Assembly: GCA_002269645.1 (NCBI GenBank)
Contig: NIVC01002883.1
Coordinates: 1-24,572, forward strand
From: Macrostomum lignano
Lineage: Eukaryota
Reading direction: 5' to 3'
DNA: 24,572 nucleotides
Below the pieces are notes generated by a model, which saw only the letters and a list, made by a program, of their open reading frames with translations, was not told the origin of the DNA and did not search any database. Position 1 is the first letter of the stretch, and the number at the start of each line of letters is the position of its first letter. This document shows, in pieces, positions 1 through 9,366 of the stretch. The translations under genes were made by a program, and so were the position numbers.

Positions 1-403
1 AGTCAGCCAATAGTTGTCTGAAAATGGTGAGCTGCTAACTCCAGATTTTGTTTCTGGGCCTCCCTGGCTCTCTCCTCTCGGACTTTGAAATGGGGATCAC
101 GAATGGGGAAAATTGAAGCTGGATTCCGCTCGGCTGATTGCTGCCAGGGAGGGATGGGATCGCGGATTCCCCATCTGACTGCGCCGCAGCGGAAGTGGGG
201 CCTCAGATTTTTTCAAAAGATAACAAGTCTGTCCCTGCGTGTCTTGTTCGATCTTTGCAGCTCGCTTTTATTGGCTTCTTTGTCTGCGCAAATTCTGACT
301 TTGCAGCTGGGTGGCCCAGCGACTGTTTTCGAAATGATCTGCGTTTGTTCACGATTGGCCCGTGGAATGGCTATAATGGCATTTTCCGGTTCTGTATGAG
401 GTA

Positions 404-932
<529 letters not shown>

Positions 933-1434
933 GTGAGGACATGAGCAGACACGAGAGAAAATGGACAGCAGAGAGATGGGCCGGGAAATGGCTGGTGCAA
1001 ATGCATTAGCAGCAAGCAATGCACACTCCAAGCAGCAAAGTAAGACAATGGGCTACACTGAGAGACAATGCCAAGTGGGTAAAGAAGTGGCCGCAGAGCA
1101 GAATGGGCCATTCAGATTTTTAACAGAAGCGCCACTGATTATTTCAGATTTTCAGTATCGGTAAGGACTGGGGGCGGAATGGGGAGAGAAAAAACGCTCT
1201 GAAATCCGATTCTAGGAATTTATCCGAGTGAATCGTCTGGGTGGGGTTGGGGCAGTCCATTGTGTTAAAAAAGGCAAGAATCCCACACAGTTCTGTCTAT
1301 TTTATAGAAATTTCTACATTTTTTTCTCTTTGTCCAATGAAGAGACAAGCAAGACCCAACCCAAGAGATAATGCTAGCCAGGATTACAGGTGGAAGAAGA
1401 CCACGGATGTCCGTTACAAATCCTCTCAATTCTC

Positions 1435-1511
1435 TCATACAGTCGCAGATCAAGGAGGACTTAAACTAGAGCCTGGATCGAGTCGCAACCCTTCTGGAGG
1501 CAGCCTGGCGC
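1435..1511 (+). repeat. Dispersed repeat, copy 1 (pairs with 4074-4151)
   Basis: tcatacagtcgcagatcaaggaggactt...ctggaggcagcctggcgc matches 4074-4151 with about 6 differences over about 77 nt. Confidence 0.9.
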
Positions 1512-2041
1512 AGCGCCTTCAACAACATCATTCCGCAACAATCGCTGATGGCAGTTCGTATCTTGAAATGTATTTAATTTAAAGGAAGAATCGGTACCTC
1601 CGGGTCTCCTTGTTAAAAGCTCAACCTTTTCGGCTGACCGGAAGTGGCTACAGCCGGAAATGTCTTCTTCAGTTGGATAAGAAGAGAATGATTTTATGTG
1701 CCATATTTGATAAAAGAAATTATAGTCACAGTGAATTAGGGTTACTCAATAGGGTTGCGTAATCAGAAATATGAATATGGTATTCAAGTGGGGCTACTTA
1801 TATAGTCTTATTGTATTGTAGACTTATTGAGATTTTGAAGAGAATTTTTATTCATAGCGTACTTGCTAATGCAACTTACTGGTGGTAAAAGCAGGACAAC
1901 TGGCTCAAGGTGGAGAAAATATTCTTAAAGGAAGGGGCGTACTTGCCTCAACAATTATCGGGCTCGCTTGGAAACACAGTTAAGGAGGGGGCACACGAAG
2001 ACACCTTGACACCCGTGTGGAGCCACTTGAACCTATAAAAA

Positions 2042-2310
2042 CCCCTGAAGTCCCTGAAGTCTCTGAAACCCCCGAAGTCTCTGAAACCCCTGAAGTCCCT
2101 GAAGTCTCTGAAACCCCTGAAGTCTCTGAAACCCCTGAAGTCCCTAAAGTCTCTGAAACCCTGAATTCCCTGAAGTCTCTGAAATCCCTGAAGTCCCTGA
2201 AGTCTCTGAAACCTCTGAAGTCCCTGAAGTCTCTGAAACCTTTGAAGTCCCTGCAAAGTCTCTGAAACTCCTGAAGTCCATGAAGTCTCTGAAACCCCTG
2301 AAGTCCTGGA
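2042..2310 (+). repeat. 9-bp-based minisatellite (ccctgaagt / ctctgaaac)
   Basis: Visible tandem units; gives RDF/SLK periodic ORFs. Confidence 0.95.
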
Positions 2311-2353
2311 AAGTCATTGAAGCCGCTGAAATCCATTGGGCACCCGGACTCAC

Positions 2354-3038
2354 CCTCGCCGTTTTGAAGTCGTCGCCGCCACCACCAGGCGAATCCAGAA
2401 GCAGTTTGGGCCCGAAAGCCGCCGCCGCTGTCGCAGCAGCTGAAGTCGGCGTCCCGACCGCAGCGGCTGAAGTTCCAGTCGGCGATGTCGGATAATCGAA
2501 GTGAGACATCGGCAGGCCGCCGACAATCAACCGGATGTCCGGTTTGCCGCCGCCGTCGCCGCCGCCGCCGCCGCCGCCGCCGATGCCGCCACTCGTGGTG
2601 GAAGCGGGAGCTCTCCGACCAAGTCTGTTTTTCCCTTTGGCCAGGAGCAGCAAGATGAGGCACAGAATGGCCAGGACAGCGGCTGGAATCGCCAGGCAGC
2701 CAAGCAGGAGCAGACCGCGACCTCCCAGACTCCCACCGACACCGCCGCCGCTGCCGCCGCTGCCATCGGCGAGCGAGTTCTGCTTGCCTCGGCCACCGCC
2801 GACGTCGAAAGCGGCTGCTGCGGCACCTGCGGCGACTGCGGGTCCGGCCTCGGCTTCTCCGGCGGCAGGTCGACCAGGGAAACTCGAAGGTCGATGTCGG
2901 TGGACTGAGACGGCTGGCCGCGGTCTCTGACTGACAGGCGCAGCTGGTACACCCCGGCGTCGCTGGGGGCCAGAGTCCTGGCGGCGAAGAGGCGTCCGGT
3001 GACCGGATCCACATCGAAACGGCCGCCGCCGCTGTCGC
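2354..3038 (-). CDS. Protocadherin exon 4: end of EC7, linker, TM helix, start of cytoplasmic tail (contains a frame discontinuity)
   Basis: Acceptor ccattccacag|GC at 3039 (phase 1, matches exon 3). Reads GDSGGGRFDVDPVTGRL...VRDRGQPSQSTDIDLRVSLVD. The TM segment GLLLLGCLAIPAAVLAILCLILLLLA followed by KGKNRLGRR lies in the -1 frame. Donor AGG|GTGAGT at 2353. Confidence 0.8.
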
Positions 3039-3077
3039 CTGTGGAATGGGGAAGGTGGAATTGATCACGATCAAGGC

Positions 3078-3272
3078 TGGTGAAGGACTCGGGTTGGTGA
3101 AGGATTCGGGTTGGTGAATGATTCGGGTTGGTGAAGGATTCGGGTTGGTGAATGATTCGGGTTGGTGAATGATTCGAGTTGGTGAATGATTCGGGTTGGT
3201 GAATGATTCGAGTTGGTGAATGATTCGAGTTGGTGAATGATTCGGGTTGATGAAGATTCGGGTTGGTGAATA
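3078..3272 (+). repeat. 17-bp minisatellite (ggtgaatgattcgggtt), about 11 copies, in protocadherin intron 3
   Basis: Visible tandem units filling most of the 290-nt intron 3039-3328. Confidence 0.95.
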
Positions 3273-3328
3273 TTAAGACACAGCAAACTGCCCAGTCAAG
3301 AAACATTAGACCCAATCGACTCGCTCAC

Positions 3329-3491
3329 CCAGCAACGAGTACACCAGCTCAGAGTTCGGCCCCTCGTCCGGGTCTGTCGCCTGCAGCTCGGCCACCGTCG
3401 CCCCTGCGGGGTTCCTGAACGAGCTGTCTATGGTAGTGTTGGGCTGGCTGGGGAACATAAACCGGGGCGGGTTGTCGTTCGAGTCCGTCAC
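3329..3491 (-). CDS. Protocadherin exon 3 (EC6/EC7 boundary)
   Basis: Acceptor ccccgccccgcag|GTG; reads VTDSNDNPPRFMFP...LQATDPDEGPNSELVYSLL with DxNDN and DxD calcium motifs; donor G|GTGAGC at 3328. Confidence 0.92.
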
Positions 3492-3511
3492 CTGCGGGGC
3501 GGGGGATTTCG

Positions 3512-3690
3512 AAGTTGGTGAATATTTGGTGAATTCATCATTTGTGAATTGGTGAAACGATAAATCGTCACTCGATAAATTTATACTAGGTTTGCTGAAT
3601 TATGGTAGGATTGGTGAATTATCGTAGGAATTGCTGAATTGGTGAACTATCCGAGTGTTAGTGAAGCATCGCAGGATTGGTGAAGTTGGA
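3512..3690 (+). repeat. Degenerate tggtgaa-core repeat related to the 17-bp array
   Basis: Repeated ttggtgaa, tttgctgaatt and attggtgaa motifs at irregular spacing. Confidence 0.6.
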
Positions 3691-4073
3691 GAAATTCATT
3701 TCTAATTTGCAACATTTCATCCTTGCAAACTTGCGAAGGTCAGTCTTGTTTCTAATGGAAACGGTGCCCAGAGAGATTTGCAAGTAGCCTCGTGCAAAAA
3801 ATTGACCCCCCGCCCTAAGGATCATTGCTGACCTCCCGGAGCCCGCTGGGACCAATTAGTGAGAGAATTACGCAATAAAACCCTTTCTGACAAGCTCTCT
3901 TGGCATGTCTTTGAAGGCCTTTGCCATACCCCCCCCCCCCAACAACAACAGGCTTTGACACGCTATGCAGGCGCAGTCACCAGTCAAGCCTCAATCTGAA
4001 TCAGCGGCTTACAAACCATCTGCATGGTTGTTAATGGAAGAAGCTGGCGACATTACCGTTTTTACGGCAAGCT

Positions 4074-4151
4074 TCATACAGTCGCAGATCAAGGAGGACT
4101 TTGAACTAGAGTCTGGATCGAGTTGCAACCCATCTGGAGGCAGCTTGGCGC
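4074..4151 (+). repeat. Dispersed repeat, copy 2 (pairs with 1435-1511)
   Basis: Same-orientation match of about 92% by manual alignment; weaker similarity extends to tggaagaag upstream and cagcgcctt downstream. Confidence 0.9.
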
Positions 4152-5099
4152 CATCGTCCCACAACCAGCGCCTTGAAGCACAGCACTCATACACTCGCTC
4201 ATGCAGGGTGTACAGCTGCCCTTCGGCGAGAGTCTGAGCTGCTCTGTCCCTCGACACAGCTTGGTGCTCGTATTTTTGGCTACAATCGACTAAAGAAACT
4301 TTCCTGCATCATCAATTTTTTCTTGATTTAGCTCGTACCATTTTGATAAGAACTACCCGTCCAAGCTCTAGCTGCAGGCATCCTTGACACTGTGCCGGCA
4401 GCTCATAAAACTTGCCAGGAGGCCCAGCAGGAAAAAAAACATAAGTTTGCGCTGCCCTCAAAGTCAAGGTTTGTAAATTGGTCGCTAAATGGTTATTACC
4501 CCCCCCCATCACCTTTCTCTCCCGGAAAAATCCCTGTAAACAGGTGACCCCCCTCTGGTCCCAAGGGAGCCTCGGGTCCCGCCGACAGTTGCCAACCAAA
4601 AATTAGTCACTTAGGAGAGGCCCAAATGCCTCGGGAGGGGATTTACCCCCCCCCCTCACCACAACCCCAACTTTTTTGTTCGTCAAACACTTTTTCATCC
4701 CCCCCCCCTGTTACGCCTGCCTGCGACTGCTTGGTCTCTGCGGCTCGCTCTCCATTGCTTCTAAAAGCGGCAAGTCCAGTTTTGAAAAGCCCGGGAAAGC
4801 CCGTGACAGCTGCCTCTCCATCCCGACATCTCTGATCCCCTTCTAACTCTCCTGCGCCACAGCGCTGCCTGTTATCCCCATGAGGGAAAAACTGCGAGGC
4901 AGTAAGGGAAATATCCCCATCCCCATATCTGGGTAGATAGGATAAGCAAGATTGGTGATTTTTTAAAACCCGCGCTTAAAATCAACACTGTGTCCCGCCG
5001 CTAAGGTGGACTGTTCTTTCCCGTCCCTCACTAATCCTCCTCCATTTCACCATGGCTACCGGAGGTGTTGCTCTTTCTGTGTGTTTCTATTTCCTTTTT

Positions 5100-5815
5100 T
5101 GTCTCTTACTCTCTCACCCCTCTTTCTCACCCCTCTAACTCACCCTTTTCTCTCACCCCTCACTCTCACCCCTCACTCTCACCCCTCTCTCTCACCCCTC
5201 ACTCTCACCCCTCTCTCTCACCCCTCTCTCTCTCACCCCTCTCTCTCACCCCCTCTCTCTCACCCCTCTAACTCACCCCTCTCTCTCAACCCTCTTTCTC
5301 ACCCCTCTCTCTCAACCCTCTCTCTCTCACCCTCTCTCTCTCTCACCCCTCTAACTCACCCCTCTCTCACACCCCTCTCTCACACCCCTCTCTCTCACCC
5401 CCTCTCTCTCACCCCTCTCTCTCACCCCCTCTCTCTCACCCCTCTAACTCACCCCTCTCTCTCAACCCTCTTTCTCACCCCTCTCTCTCAACCCTCTCTC
5501 TCTCACCCCCCTCTCTCTCTCACCCCTCTAACTCACCCCTCTCTCTCAACCCTCTCTCACACCCCTCTCTCTCACCCCTCTTTCTTAAGCCTCTTTCCCA
5601 TCCCTCTCTCTCACCCCCTCTCTCACCCCTCTCTCTCTCATTCCTCTTTCTCACCCCTCTTTCTCACCCCTCTTTCTCACTACCCTCTCTCTCTCACCCC
5701 TCTTTCTCACCCTCTTTCCCACCCCTCTCTCTCACCCTCTCTCTCTCATTCTCTCTCTCATATTGTCTCTTACCCTTCTAACCCTCACTCTACCCCCTCT
5801 CACCTCTCTCAATCT
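5100..5815 (+). repeat. Polypyrimidine (CT)n-CACCC low-complexity array (ctctcacccct)
   Basis: About 700 nt of almost pure C/T punctuated by caccc; the His/Pro/Leu/Ser ORF over it is a repeat artefact. Confidence 0.95.
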
Positions 5816-6479
5816 CTGTCTGCATCTCCCAAAAAAGGAACTGTGCGCACCCGTCTCACTGTTCTACCAATGCAAGATCCGCCTGTAGCTAAAGCATGAA
5901 TTTGAGTAAACTGGGATGCATTATTAATCAAGACAATATGCTCAAAACAGGCAACAACTATCAATGACAAGCTGACCAAACGAGACCTTTGTTCACTTGC
6001 TGAGGTTGTTAAAACTTGCGTAACCTGATAAATAGTGTCTTCTCTTCATTTTGAGGGGCTATAATTGTGTACTCATTGCAGTTTTAATGCAGTCTTTTAT
6101 GTTCTACAATGAAATCTACGTTGGGATGAGGGATGTTTGGAAAATGATGGGCGGGGATTAACCCGACGTTTTAAGGCAGAACAGCAGCCAGAGCCTTTGT
6201 TCAAAGTGATTTTATAACAAAAAACAGAGCAGTTCAGGTCAGTTTAACTCATTGAACCTCTGTAAACTTGTAGTTTTGTACAGTTAAGTTATCTGATTTG
6301 AGATTCTGAAGGTTGAGGAGTCGGAACTATCCCTAGGGAAAATTAGCTAAGGTTAGGGAGGCCACTGTTGGGAATGCAGACAGTTTAAACCCAGCTCACA
6401 GTTCTCAATAATGAGGGAAATCTGCCCGTGATTAAGTTATAGAGGTCTCAGTGAGAAGCTAGCAGAAGTAGACAAATAG

Positions 6480-7125
6480 GACAGGTAGATAGACAGTGAG
6501 AAAGTGAGAAGGAGACAGGTAGATAGACAGTGAGACAGAGAAGAGACAGGCAGACACACACAGAGGAGACAGGCAGACACACAGATGAGACAGGCAGATA
6601 CACACAGAGGAGACAGGCAGACACACACAGACGAGACAGGCAGATACACAGAGAACAGAAAGGGAGACACACAGAGGAGACAGGCAGACACACACAGACG
6701 AGACAGGCAGACACACAGAGAACAGACAGGGAGACACACAGAGGAGACAGGCAGACACACAGAGAACAGGCAGACACACACACAGAGGAGACAGGCAGAC
6801 ACACACACAGAGGAGACAGGCAGACACACACAGAGGAGACAGGCAGACACACACACAGAGGAGACAGGCAGACACACACAGAGAACAGAAAGGGAGACAC
6901 ACAGAGAACAGACAGGCAGACACACACAGAGGAGACAGGCAGACACACACAGAGGAGACAGGCAGACACACAGAGAACAGACAGGCAGACACACACAGAG
7001 GAGACAGGCAGACACACAGAGAACAGACAGGCAGACACACACAGAGGAGACAGGCAGACACACAGAGGAGACAGGCAGACACACAGAGGAGACAGGCAGA
7101 CACACACACAGAAGACAGGCAGACA
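6480..7125 (+). repeat. About 21-25-bp minisatellite (acagaggagacaggcagacac), beginning with inverted copies of the 26-bp unit
   Basis: Visible tandem units; 6505-6530 is the exact reverse complement of the 7505-8448 unit. Confidence 0.93.
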
Positions 7126-7504
7126 AAAATACAAGTAGATTGAGACAACTACGAGCTAAAGAACCGGCAGGAATCAAGCATCGAATTCGGTGTCAAATCC
7201 GCTCCAAGTTTTTTGTTGTCAAACAGCCCCGTAGAGCGGATGCGCGCAAGCAACAGTCTGTCTCCAGCTGGGGCAGCTGCTCGATAAATGCCAACTAAGG
7301 AAATCTGACACTGGCGGCACAGGCAAGCCAGCCAGGTAAGGCTGAAGATACTTGGGTGAAGCTAAGCTAAATTATACACAATATAGACTTACTAATTTTC
7401 AAAAAGGATGAACTGTTAGTTAACTAGTAGGCTCTATGCCTGACTCACTGTCCAGCCTCTGATGTTGGAGGCAGAGAGGGAAGAGCACTGAAGAATATGG
7501 GGGG

Positions 7505-8448
7505 CTCCTTCTCACGGTCTATCTACCTGTCTCCTTCTCACTATATAACTACCTATCTCCTTCTCATTGTCTATCTACCTGTCTCCTTCTCACTATATAA
7601 CTACCTATCTCCTTCTCACTATATAACTACCTATCTCCTTCTCATTGTCTATCTACCTGTCTCCTTCTCACTATATAACTACCTATCTCCTTCTCACTGT
7701 CTATCTACCTGTCTCCTTCTCATTGTCTATCTACCTGTCTCCTTCTCACTATATATCTACCTGTCTCCTTCTCACTATATAACTACCTATCTCCTTCTCA
7801 TTGTCTATCTACCTGTCTCCTTCTCATTGTCTATCTACCTGTCTCCTTCTCACTATATATCTACCTGTCTCCTTCTCACTATATATCTACCTGTCTCCTT
7901 CTCACTGTCTATCTACCTGTCTCCTTCTCACGGTCTATCTACCTGTCTCCTTCTCACTATATATCTACCTGTCTCCTTCTCACTATATAACTACCTGTCT
8001 CCTTCTCACGGTCTATTTACCTGTCTCCTTCTCACTGTCTATCTACCTGTCTCCTTCTCACTGTCTATCTACCTGTCTCCTTCTCACTGTCTATCTACCT
8101 GTCTCCTTCTCACTGTCTATCTACCTGTCTCCTTCTAACTATATATCTACCTGTCTCCTTCTCACTATATAACTACCTGTCTCCTTCTCATTGTCTATCT
8201 ACCTGTCTCCTCACGGTCTATCTACCTGTCTCCTTCTCACTGTCTATCTACCTGTCTCCTTCTCACTGTCTATCTAACTGTCTCCTTCTCACGGTCTATC
8301 TACCTGTCTCCTTCTCACTGTCTATCTACCTGTCTCCTTCTTACGGTCTATCTAACTGTCTCCTTCTCACTGTCTATCTACCTGTCTCCTTCTCACTGTC
8401 TATCTACCTGTCTCCTTCTCACTGTCTATCTACCTGTCTCCTTCTCAC
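7505..8448 (+). repeat. 26-bp minisatellite (ctgtctatctacctgtctccttctca), about 36 copies
   Basis: Visible tandem units with variants in the ctgt/ctat/cggt portion. Confidence 0.97.
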
Positions 8449-8470
8449 CATCATCTCCCAAGGCACTCAC

Positions 8471-8857
8471 CAGGACTGTGACCTGAGCCGTGGCGGTTCT
8501 CCTGACCCGGCCACCATCCACAGCCCAGACCGTGAAGCTGTGCCTCGGTCCGTCCACCTCCCTGTCCAGCTTCGCGGCCGTGGACAGCTGTCCGGTGTCC
8601 GGATCGAGTCTGAATCGACGCCGCGCCGCGAACTCGGCCAGGCTGTACTGCACCCGGCCATTTTCTCCGGCGTCCGGATCGTCAGCTCGAAGTACGCCTA
8701 ACGGCTGTCCGGGTTCGGCCGACTCGGACACAGTGAATTCGTAGACGGTGCCGGGCGGGAAGCTGGGCGGATTGTCGTTGACGTCGCTGATTTTGACGAT
8801 AACGTCGAGCGGCGCCGAGGAGAGGAGCGGCGGCTTGCCGAGGTCGGTGGCGCGGAC
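8471..8857 (-). CDS. Protocadherin exon 2 (end of EC5, EC6)
   Basis: 387 nt, phase 0/0: VRATDLGKPP...ISDVNDNPPSF...SESAEPG...DDPDAGENG...LDREVDG...TAQVTVL; donor CTG|GTGAGT at 8470. The acceptor is an atypical aag|GTC, supported by the joined motif DRELVDEYHLR|VRATD. Confidence 0.9.
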
Positions 8858-8863
8858 CTTGTA

Positions 8864-9280
8864 GTTGCTAATCCAGTTGCTAATCCAGTTGCTAATCCAG
8901 TTGCTAATAGTTGCTAATCCAGTTGCTAATCCAGTTGCTAATCCAGTTGCTAATCCAGTTGCTAATCCAGTTGCTAATCCAGTTGCTAATCCAGTTGCTA
9001 ATCCAGATGCTAATCCAGATGCTAATCCAGATGCTAATCCTGTTGCTAATCCAGTTGCTAATCCAGATGCTAATCCAGATGCTAATCCAGTTGCTAATCC
9101 AGATGCTAATCCAGATGCTAATCCATATGCTAATCCAGTTGCTAATCCAGTTGTTAATCTAGTTGCTAATCCAGATGCTAATCCAGATGCTAATCCAGAT
9201 GCTAATCCTGTTGCTAATCCATTTGCTAATCCAGTTGCTAATCCAGATGCTAATCCTGTTGCTAATCCGGTCGTTAATCT
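8864..9280 (+). repeat. 12-bp minisatellite (gttgctaatcca / gatgctaatcca), about 35 copies, in protocadherin intron 1
   Basis: Visible tandem units; ANPV/LIQL periodic ORFs. Confidence 0.97.
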
Positions 9281-9366
9281 TATTGTCTCATCGCTAGTAG
9301 GTCCGTCGGCACTATGAAAACCAAAATTTGAGACCGTGCAACCTAAGAAAGCAAAGCTGCACCCAC

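Noticed and set aside
4020-4150. Peptide AGDITVFTAS...FELESGSSCNPS faintly resembling the non-LTR reverse transcriptase YADD region
   Set aside because: The catalytic DD is absent, the other copy is in a different frame, and there is no flanking RT sequence; an HMM search would be needed.
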